64,000 nt of DNA from Paraspadella gotoi (taxonomy: Eukaryota > Animalia > Chaetognatha), in contig CM119266.1 of NCBI GenBank assembly GCA_051294375.1, positions 7,271,431 through 7,335,430 on the forward strand, in the 5' to 3' direction. The position numbers and the translations under genes are program-made. The number at the start of each line of letters is the position of its first letter. Position 1 is the first letter of the stretch. Below are positions 1 to 11,445 of the stretch, piece by piece. The notes below the pieces were generated by a model. The model was not told the origin of the DNA. It saw nothing but the letters and a program-made list of their open reading frames with translations, and ran no database searches.

Positions 1-279
1 TGTTCATTAATATAATGTTGTTCGTTCCTCACTTTTAGAATTTTAATTAAAGTTAAATTTAGATATTTTACTACGCCTTAATGATTATATGTTTATATTG
101 CATAATTCCAAATCGAATTTCGCAACTATCGAGATAAACAATGTTTATACGATATAACCAAAATAAATCCTCGGTAAACAAAAGGAAATGATTTTCAAAT
201 CAGCCAAAACAAGAAACGAGGACTGTTTTTTGTTTCGTTTTTTGGCTCTCTTTTCCGGTAGTGCCTCATTTCTGTTATT

Positions 280-490
280 AATTTTAACTTTAAAATTCAA
301 CCTAAATATGTTGTTAAACTTAACTCTAATCTTTAACCCCAAACCCCAAAACCTTATCCCTTATTTCTAACTCTAACCTCTGACTCTAAACACTCGTCCC
401 TAATCTAAATCCCTAAAGCTAATTACAAACCTAGTTCCTAAGCTTAATCACAAAACTAATCCCCAACTCAAAAATTAACCTGATTCCGAA
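280..490 (+). repeat. Degenerate CCCTAA/CTCTAA-like hexamer tract
   Basis: Repeated aaccct/aactct/atccct units with ~6-nt periodicity; a similar tract lies at ~56430-56500. Confidence 0.5.
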
Positions 491-719
491 TTTAAGACGT
501 TCTGGGAAAATAAAACTCATTTCTGTTCGAATTTACTTCCTGTCAAAGGGGATGAATGGAGTCTGGTTGGGTGGTAGATCTGGAGAAAAAGAAAGAAAAA
601 GAAAGAAAAAGAAAGAAAGAAGAAAACCGAAACTAATTTGCAGTTAAAATTAACGATATTTTGAGAATTTTAGTTTCTTTCATACAATCTCTCGTTCTCT
701 CTCTCTATCTCTTTCTCTA

Positions 720-799
<80 letters not shown>

Positions 800-920
800 C
801 TTCTCTCTCTCTCTTTCCCTCTCTCTCTACTCTCATTCCCCAATTTCCTTTAACCTTTCAATTCCGTTATTTATCTTTTCTTTCCTCCTCCTCCTCTCCC
901 TCCCCCACCCCCCCAACCAG

Positions 921-1759
921 TTGAGACCTGCACCACCTCCCACATCTCCTCCACCGCCTCCTCCTCCTCATGGATGCAGCCGCTGCTCTGCCCCCACGGC
1001 TACACCTGCACATCTCGATCTGGGCGACGCCCTCAACGGAGTCCCCAACAGGGGTCACTGCGTCAAGGAGCGGCACACCCAGAAGCAGCACGCCCAGGGG
1101 CCGGTCTGGCACTTTAGGATAAGGACGGGTGAGTTGGAATGGGTGAGGTTGGGAGAAAGAGTGAGAGAGAGAGAGAGGTATTGGTAAGTTTGGTTGGTAG
1201 GTGTGGTGCTTTACAATTGATTGAAATAAAAAATAAAAAACCAGAATAAATTTGTTTGTTTTACTAAGTGGGTGAAAATTATATCTTAACTAACATCTCA
1301 CTATGTCAAACAAACTGAGAACTCAACATGTCAAACAAATCTCAAATATCACTTTCAGAAAGAATGACACATCTCGCACATCTCACCAGATCAAACCATA
1401 TCATTTCTCCCCATGTCAAACAAATCACATCTCTCCTTGTCAAACAATATCACTTCTCACCATGTCAAACATGATCACTTCTTAACATGTCAAACATTCT
1501 ATTAACTCACCATGTCAATTTCAGTAAACAGTATCATCGTTTCAATCAATCCCACAGTGAATTTTATTCCCACATTTCAGGGTCCACATCTAATCTCGGT
1601 TGCACACTGGATTCCCAAGTCTACAGCAACGGGGCCTTTTTCCAGTACGACCGACACCCTTGCACCTGCGAGCAAGGGATGATCACGTGCGCCGTCGCGC
1701 GGTACAGGTGCGAGCGAGAGGGGGTGTTTAAGCGCAGGTGCAAAAAAAGAAGACTTTGA
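921..1759 (+). CDS. Last two exons (921-1128, 1581-1759) of a cysteine-rich protein with a C-terminal VWC-like module; 5' part lies outside the window
   Basis: AG acceptor at 919-920, GTGAG donor at 1129, TTTCAG acceptor at 1580. The last exon reads GCTLDSQVYSNGAFFQYDRHPCTCEQGMITCAV, resembling the VWC start C..G..Y..G..F...C..C.C..G...C. There is probably one indel in the first exon. Confidence 0.55.
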
Positions 1760-1984
1760 TTGCGAAAGGTGATGGGGGGGGGCAATGGCCAATGGAATAA
1801 ATTCGCAAGACTTTCAACCAACAACCGATAAATAAAGTAGATTAATGCTTAAAGATAAAATACTAATAATCATTCGTAAGTCTGATAATTTAAGTTGAAA
1901 AACAAAAAAGATATTTAATACCTATAATTAATTACGTATTTAAAGCAAAGCAGCACAAAATATTTGAACAGACATCAAGAAAAA

Positions 1985-2132
1985 TTGAAAGCTTGCAGGG
2001 ACCTGCTATGTCATTATCTTGTAAGAGTGATGGAGGCCTTAAACCACCAAAGCCTGTCCAAAGTCAGGGGCAAGATAGCTTATTTATTAAATGAATGGAT
2101 AATTTTTATATTGGTTGTATCAATTTCATAAA
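1985..2132 (+). repeat. Interspersed ~130-150 bp repeat; second copy at 60264-60390, partial copy at ~44576-44653
   Basis: The ~85-nt block TTGAAAGCTTGCAGGGACCTGCTATGTCATTATC...GTCCAAAGTCAGGGG is identical at both full copies. Confidence 0.9.
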
Positions 2133-3775
2133 AAAATAATTTTGAGTAAAACGAGATAATATTAATATATTTAAAAAGAAAAATTAAAACCGGCTCAAGA
2201 TTTTGATTACACATTCGATCACAAACGAGAATAAAAGAAAGAAAAATTTAAGGAAACTGGAAAAAAAAAGGTGAGAAAAATGGGGACCGAGCGATGATGA
2301 ATCGAGAGACTAAATTGATCGAGAATCACGTGACTAATCACGTGAGAGCAAATCTGCAGCCGAAATCGCGGAACAAAAGGAAGGAAAAGGAGGATTAATT
2401 GAATTAACGTAATTAATAGGCTTATTTTCCTTTAGTAATAAAAACTAATTTAGTCTACGAATGGGATTAATACGGGTTTTAATGCAAAATGTCGAAAGAA
2501 AAAATGGGATGAAACCAACTTGATTAATATTTGTACATAATTGTTATTAATAGCTTTATATTTTAATCGGACAATCTTTAACTATAAAACCCCTTGTTCT
2601 TTTGTTGACAGAGAAAATACGAACGAATCGTCGGCGGAGGCGAACGAACCGCGGTGACATCTGCCGATGAGAGCAACTTCACGCGACCATTTTTAAGCCG
2701 AACAAAAGACTTGCATTTATATTTTTTCGCAACAAATTTTTGTTTACTTTTTTTTTGCCCCCGTTGAATTTAGTATTAAAATATAAATTTCGTATTTTGA
2801 TACATGACTTAAATTTTATTTAAAAGTATAAAAACTTAGAGCACGTTACAGTCAAGATTAAATATTCAGAAATATTGATACAGTTGTTTTTAATTTTGAC
2901 CAGGAGTTTTATCAATTACATGTTATCACACGAAATTCCATTTTATTGTTTAGTTTTCGGTTTGGTTTTGTATCTTTTATCTCTTCTTTTGTTTGTCTCT
3001 CCGACGAAATTCAAGTTCTTCGTCGTAAAGACTCGCCGTTCTCTGCTCGTGATTCTTACAATTCGCCGTAAAAATTCGCCTCCTTGTGGTAGGGGTTTCA
3101 AGGTTTCGGATTTCCTACATTTTGCCATAAAGTTTACGACGAATTCGCCCTTAAATTAAACAAATTCGTCGCATAGATTCGCCGCAATTCGCCGTAAAGA
3201 TCCAAAGAATTCGCCGTACATAACTTCGATGACGAATAAAGGATTAAAATTCCGTCGAAATCACATGGATGCGGGTTTGAAAAACGTCAGAATAACAAAT
3301 TTCGTGATTTTTGACTCATCGTCGTCGAATGACCGACGGACGGACGGACGGACTGACGGACGGACGGACGGAAGAGGAAAAGTCGTTTTGATCCATTAAG
3401 GATTTATGGCTGTGAGCCATTTGGGGTTTCCGGACTATTGGGATTCTTTGACTTCTGCCCGACAGTGGTTTATTTTATTCCGAGATTTTTGTCCACAAAT
3501 GTTTTTTTTTGTCTACATCACCGTCGTTCGATTAAAACTTATTTCCTTATTTGGTCTTGAACTGGTATCCCCACCAAGAGTTTTATTCTAATCTCCGCGT
3601 CGCTGTCATTATCTACGAAATCGTTCTTGTCATCGTCAGCCTTTTCATCTAATTCGCTTTCGTCATTGTCATCTTTTATCTCTTTTTTCAAAAGCTGACC
3701 ATTCGACGTCAAGAAAATTCTTACGCACTTTCTTCTAATCTTCTCCAATTATCTTCTCTCCCAATTTTCTTCCCT

Positions 3776-3885
<110 letters not shown>

Positions 3886-3896
3886 TCCCTCCAACC

Positions 3897-5893
3897 ATGC
3901 CCTCTGTCCCTCCTACTCTTCCTCCTCCTCTTCCTCCCTCCATCCGCTGCTCCTCCGCGCCGACGCGCTCGACGCGACGACGCAGCGGCTCGCCGACGCC
4001 GTCGACGCCATTTCCGGCGCCCCCTCTCGCCCCGGCGTCTTTTATGGCGCCGGCGTTAGACCCGGCCCAGTGTTCGGAACCGACGCCGCCTTCGCCAGAC
4101 TCGCCGTCGTCCTGGAGGCGGAGGGGGCGTCGGCAGTGGAGAAATTCCAGGACGAGAGTCTCCCGGGGCAGACCTTTCCTTTTATGGCGGAGTGAGATGA
4201 TTATGAATGTGATTTATGTGATGAATGTGATGATTATGATGAAAGTGATTTATGTGATGAATGTGATGATTATGATGAATGTGATGATTGCGATGAGTGT
4301 GATTCTTATGATGAATGTGATGATTGTGATAAATCTGATGAATCTTATTATCGTGATGATAGTTATGATTTTTATGAATTTTATTATTGTGCTGAATGAG
4401 ATGATTTGCCAAGAATTTGATGATTAAAACGTAATGAATGTGATAAATGTCATAACATTGATTTAGATATGATGAAAGTGATAAATTTATCAATTGATTG
4501 AATGCGATAAACAGTGAAATGTAAAGAATGTGACCAATATGATTAAATGAACAAATATGAGATTAATACGACCCACTCACCCGCCAGATATTTCCGCTTC
4601 CTCTCCGGCTTCCACCGCCGCTTCGCCGCTGCCGTCGACGCCGCCGTCACGACGCCGCTCCGCCGCTTCCGCCGCGACAGGCGCGACCTCGAAGAGACAC
4701 TGCAGCGTTTCCGGAGCGCCGCCCAACGCGTCGACGCCGTAGAGAAGCGACGTGAAGAGGCGCGGCGACGCACGACGGCGCGCGGTCGGCGCGGCGGCGC
4801 CGCAGGGGAAAACGTCGCCGCGGAATCTCGTCGGAAGTTGGAATCGATCGTCATAGAAGCGGACGACGTGAGACGAGAGGCGGAGGCGGAGAAGGTAGAG
4901 GGCGTCTCGGAATCTTTGTTTATTTATATATTCTGTTAACAATTTATATACGACCTCACCTAAAATTATCTAAAATTCCGATAATTATGTATAGAAAGAA
5001 GCCATATTCTTGTTGAGCCCGTGGCGCAATGGTAGCGCGTCTGACTCCAGTTCAGAAGGTTGCGTGTTCGAATCACGTCGTGCTCAATGATTTAAGTTTA
5101 CTTTAACTTTTATTAATTATATGCTGCTATTTTCTTATCAAAAAAATTTATATTATCCTGTACGTGGGCTTGTGGCGCAACGGTAGCGCGTCTGACTCCA
5201 GATCAGAAGGTTGTGTGTTCAAATCACACCGGGCTCATGTTTTTTTAAAATTCATTCCCTCCCAATCTTAAATGCAACGAAAAAGAAAGAAAATATAAAA
5301 AGATATCTATTTTTAATTCCATATCTTTCGACTACTAAAAAGATGAGTAGATGATTGTCTTCTTAGATTCATTAGAACGCGAGCCCGTGGCGCAACGGTA
5401 GCGCGTCTGACTCCAGATCAGAAGGTTGCGTGTTCGAATCACGTCGGGCTCAAACTATGTCTTTTTTTAAAAATTTTTACTCCTTCGCACGCCTCCACTC
5501 CCCAAAAAGGAGTCGGCCATCGCTGCCCTCCAACGCTTCGTCGCCGGCGAGACCCTCCTGCCTTCCATCCTTCTCAAACTTCTCTTACATCACCGGAAGT
5601 GGTTCGTCGACGCCATCGCCGAAGTCGACGGCGTCGTCGGGGTCGTCGACGGGAAGATTGAGGGCTTTGGATTTAAGAGAAGATTCGGGACCAAGTTGCA
5701 GGTTTGATTAGATGCATTCACATCTCGAAAGAATTGTTTCCATTTTAGATCGAGATATGTGAGATTTTTTCTCAAAATTACAAAGAGCAGAGTATCTTTT
5801 GGTTTATTTCATACGAGATTGGGTTCTTTAATCGCATTTGCATAATGCATATTGTAGATTATTTCTCATTGTTGGAGACAATTCTTTGTGGAA

Positions 5894-5927
<34 letters not shown>

Positions 5928-6376
5928 GCCCACAACAATCACACTCTAACATTTGCTACGAACATTTCAAGAACTGTTCTTCAATATAAACATAAATAAT
6001 GATTGCTTTGATCTATCGTACTATCTAGGAAAAAAGTTAGAAACATTTTTAATTGATCTTCCACCCGACGCCCCTTCCACCCCCTCACGGCTCACCCCTC
6101 ACCCCAACTTTTCCTTCGAGTCACAAGCGTGATTTTTCTCTCGCCGAATTTAATCGCTTCGCTTCGCCTCGAGGATTCGAATCGTAGTTGTGGTGGTCCG
6201 GTGTTGTGGTGGTTGGTGGTTGGGTGGTTAAGAGGTGGTAGTTTGGCTTTTGTGCTGTTGTCGTTTTGTCTTGAAGAAAATATATTTACGATATATGTAT
6301 ATATATGTATACATATATGTGTCGATTATGACTTTTTTTTTCAATTTATAAATAATTATTTATTATTATTTTATTA

Positions 6377-6444
<68 letters not shown>

Positions 6445-9400
6445 TTTAAATTCTATCTTTTATATTTTATCTTCTACCTTTTATCTTCTATCTTCTATCT
6501 AATGTTCCCTAAATTCATATTTCAAAATTGTTTTCTAATGTTTTCTTTTTAATAAACTGTTCTAATCATCACACTGTTTTTTTCGATCCCGCAAATTCAA
6601 GGTTGTTTTCGTTTTTCATTTGTTTTATTTTAAAAATCAACAAAAAAATTCCCCAGCCGACGAGCGAATCTTGTTAAGCGGCGATTAAACTATCAACTAT
6701 ACAACAAAAATAAATGTAATAATATACGAAAGGTCGTGAAAAACGCTCAGGGACGCGTCCGCGTTGAAAGAGAATTAAATTTTTCAAGGGATGATCGTGA
6801 TTACGTCGAGTTGAGAATCGAATGAAATACTTGACAAGAATTTAAATCATAGTATTCACATTGGTTAGGTTTAACATTATTAACATTGGTTGTACAAAAT
6901 TTCATATTGTGTGATTATCTGCAAGCTTTGGTTAATTGTCGAAACGAAAAAAAAAGCAACATCATGTGATTACGTCACTTTTTAGAAGCGAAATTACAGA
7001 TTTGGATCGTTTAGTAAAATTTTCAATACGCCGACAGAGTCGTCAGTTATTATTATTTATCGCAGAAGAATGACTGATTTAGGAATTCAATTTACAAGAT
7101 AACAAATGCGTAGGAAATAAACAGTAAAGTAAAATGTACCCGCCTCGCCCCCTTTGCGTCCTTGCGATGTTACAAAAGTTTTTTTCAAATTTCGTTTTCG
7201 TCTCCCTCTCCTTCACTTCTTGTCTCCTCTCCCTCTCACTTCTTGTCTTCCTCTCACTTCTTGTCTCCCTCTCCGGTAAAAATTTGTCCTAATTCCGACC
7301 GAAATATAAATTGGCCGAGATTTTCCGTCCGGCGCCGACGAGTTCTTTCCGACTTTGATGACGACGATGACAACGACGGAAATAGCAACGACGGCGATGC
7401 AACGACTGTGACGGCGAGATGGCAACGACGGCGACGGCGAGATGGCAACGACAATGTCAACGACGTCATCGACGCCTCTGGCATCGATAAAGCTCTCCTC
7501 ATCGAGAAAGGTTCTCCCCTTCGAGTCTAAAATTGAATCCGTGGAGTGATTCCTCACTTTGAAGCGGTCATTCCTCTTATCTTGGCAGCGGTCGGTCTTC
7601 TCTTGGAAGCGATCATTGAGCGGTCCTCCTTTATCTTGGCAGCGGTCGGTCTTCTCTTGGAAGCGATCATTGGAGCGGTCATTCCCTTATCTTGGCAGTG
7701 TCAGTTCTTCTCTTGGAAGCGATCATTGGAGCGGTCATTTCCCTTATCTTGGCAGCGTCGGTCTTCTCTAGGAAGCGATCATTGGAGCGGTCATTCCTCT
7801 TATCTTGGCGCGGTCGGTCTTCTCTAGAAGGATCTTTGGAGCGGTTGGAACGAAAATGAAATCGATCCTTTAGACTTCGGCTTCTTGAGAATCGAGGTAC
7901 GGAGAATCCCTCGACGTCTTTGGTCGACATCGCCACTGGCCCCCGCAGCCGCCGCTGCCCCCACAGCCGCAGCCCCCGGCTCTCCAGCCACCCAAACTCC
8001 GGCGTCTTGACCACCCCGACCAAAGCTCCCGCGATCCCGAAAGGCTCCAGAGACGAGACTTTCTCTTCGACTTTTCCCGACACTCCACGGTTGTCGACCT
8101 CAATTGCTCCGTCGCATTTGACCGTCAAAGCCGAGACGGTGTTCCATCTTCGAATCGTCGGTCGAATTCTATCCATCAACTTCTTGGCCGACGAAGGATC
8201 AGAGAGTTGCGCCGGAGGCCGACGCCGACGCCGGTGAATGGAACGACGCCGGGTTTTTGTGAAAGAAAGAGCGCCGGGAGCGCCAGAGAAACTCTTTGAG
8301 GCTGTGATTTGGGGGTTGCGTTTTTAATGACGCCGGAAGTTTTGGGAGCCGGTTTGACTGAGTCGTTGGTGTTATTTTTTGCTGCTGCCGCTGCTGTTCT
8401 CATTACTGTTCCTGCCTCCGCTGCTGTCGTTTCTTCTGTTGTTAGTTGGTTGTTTTGTTTTGCTTTTTGTTATTATTGCCTATGTCGTTGTTTTTGTTTT
8501 TCTTGTTGTTGTTGTTATTTTTTTTTATCATCGTCGTCGTCGTCGACGTTGTCTTCGAAAATTCTTCTCGTCTTCGGCCGAAAATTTGGGAACAAAAAAT
8601 CACGATTTTCGATCAAAATTTTGACGAATCTGACGACGTCGCCGGATCGAGACGATACGGCGCCGATTTGAGACGCGACGCCGATTCCGGACGACCCGGC
8701 GCCGCCGCCGACTCCCCCGAGGCCGCAACCCCTCGTCAAGTTGTGCCCCATGATCAGGCCGAGACCTTCGGCCGTCATCTTGTTGACGGAGGATCGATCC
8801 AAGATGGCGGAAAGAAGATCGACAACGTAGGCGAGGTGACGCGGGCGACGGTGGGCGTGGCGTAGAGGGAATGATTGATGGCGCGAAGGAGGGTAGCGTC
8901 GAGGGTGTGGAAGGGTCGGGGGGCTGTGGAAGAGGGGGTTGAGAGAGGGGGAGAGAGAGAGAAAAGGGTAAGGAGAGAAAGAGAGAGTTGAGAATGAAAA
9001 ATCTTGAGGTTGAAATTCGTAAAAAAAATTTATTTTTCAATTAAAAAAACGTTGTTTGTCATTTTATTGAAGTTCAAGACATTTAATATTTTTGTTACTC
9101 CGTAAAGCTAATAAAAATTTTAAAATCAAAATTGTTCTTTAGTACAAGACTGTTCATGATCAACTATTCGAATTTTGATCTGCAACTTTCACTACGCCTT
9201 ATTGCCCAAACTTGTGTTTGGTTGTTTAAAATGAAATATTATGGCAACGGGGACATGTGTGATGCCTGGGGTGTGAGGCATCTCCCGACAGCTGGCGCTC
9301 AGGGCTTTGGACCTGCAGTGACCCCCCCATGTCACTGGCGATGGGACGATCTGAGTTTCACCAAGCTATACGAGAGGCGAATTTAGGATTCGCCACAATA

Positions 9401-9872
9401 TGTCAGTATAGACGATTTTGGTTCTTAAACAATTACAGACTTAACTAAAACAACAAATATTCAACAACAACAACAACACTCACCTCTTCCCTCGTCTCCT
9501 CCATCCTCAACTCTTTCCTCAAATCGACGCCGCAATCCACGGCGACGCCGGCGACGACCGACTCCGCGAAATCCTCCGCCACTTCCGCCGCCGACGACGA
9601 CGACGAGTCTCTCCACCCTGCGCCCGTCGAGCCACGCTTCCCAACTCTTTCGTCCGCCGACCGCGTGCGCGCCGTCTTCCGCAGCAGCCGCCGTCGCCGC
9701 CGCGCGTCCTCCTGCATGAGAGGCTCGAACCTTTGCCAGTCGACGAGCGGCTGCGGGAGTTGGCGGAGGTAAGACTTGAAGGCGTCGCCGATGGCGTGGA
9801 CGTCGCCGCGAAACCGGCGCCAATCGATGGCGCCGGGGAAGTCGAAGGCGGTCACGAGGCATTTCACCTGGG

Positions 9873-9906
<34 letters not shown>

Positions 9907-10091
9907 GATCGAACGATTAATTTATTGATTCAATTGATTGTTTGATTTGATTGATTGATGTGTTTATTTATTTATTTATTTATTTATTTTATTTATTATT
10001 TATTTATTTATTTATTTATTTTTTATTTATTTATTTAATTATTATTATTTATTATTATTTATTTATTTATTATTTATTTATTTATTTATTT

Positions 10092-10143
<52 letters not shown>

Positions 10144-11211
10144 TTGTTGATTGATTGAACGATTAATTCTATTTTGATGGATGGATTGTTTGATTTAATA
10201 AAAGAACATGTTTAATCGATTTATTTATTGATTGATTGATTGATTTAATGAATGAATGATTGATGGATTGGATTTGAACATTGGCTAAATCAAATTATAA
10301 CAATATTGACAAACTCCAACAGAGCTCTTAAGACCACATTTACACTGAACAATCTACATCACACTGGAGGGACCTTTGAGACTCTCCCGGAACTCTCAAC
10401 ACTCCCTCCTCCTCCAGCCCGATTGCTTCAGCGCGGAGCAACAGTCTTCGATCACGGGCGACACCTCGTGGCCCAATTCGTTCGTCCGGGTGTGCTCCTG
10501 TTAGAGGGATGTAGAAGGGTGTTAGGGAAAGGCGAGTGGGGAAACAGTGCAATGTGGCAACGCTACAGTGAAGGCATTTATATATCAAAGTATATAAACG
10601 CTCTTGCAGCGAGGAAAAGTAGTTTATAAATAGAAAACTTATATAGAAATAGAGTAAAAACAAAGTAATAATATNNNNNNNNNNNNNNNNNNNNNNNNNT
10701 TTTCTATATAAGTTTTCTATTTATAAACTACTTTTCCTCGCTGCAAGAGCGTTTTATATACTTTGATATATAAATGCCTTCACTGTAGCGTTGCCACATT
10801 GCACTGTTTCCCCACTCGCCTTTCCCTAACACCCCTTCTACATCCCTCTAACAGGAGCACACCCGGACGAACGAATTGGGCCACGAGGTGTCGCCCGTGA
10901 TCGAAGACTGTTGCTCCGCGCTGAAGCAAATCGGGCTGGAGGAGGAGGGAGTGTTGAGAGTTCCGGGGAGAGTCTCAAAGGTCCCTCCAGTGTGATGTAG
11001 ATTGTTCAGTGTGAATGTGGTCTTAAGAGCTCTGTTGGAGTTTGTCAATATTGTTATAATTTGATTTAGCCAATGTTCAAATCCAATCCCTCAATCATTC
11101 ATTCATTAAATCAATCAATCAATAAATAAATAAATCGATTAAACATGTTCTTTTATTAAATCAAACAATCCATCCATCAAAATAGAATTAATCGTTCAAT
11201 CAATCAACAAA

Positions 11212-11282
<71 letters not shown>

Positions 11283-11287
11283 ATACA

Positions 11288-11354
<67 letters not shown>

Positions 11355-11411
11355 ACACATCAATCAATCAAATCAAACAATCAATTGAATCAATAAATTA
11401 ATCGTTCGATC

Positions 11412-11445
<34 letters not shown>

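Noticed and set aside
280-490. True telomere or interstitial telomeric array
   Set aside because: Too degenerate, with no perfect tandem run.
2028-2065. SECIS-like GTGA..AAA hairpin in the interspersed repeat
   Set aside because: The 3' GA of the quartet is missing, no UGA-containing ORF is linked, and another copy is intronic.
7559-7845. CRISPR-like regular repeats
   Set aside because: No unique spacers; this is the mirror of the coding 57-bp tandem repeat.
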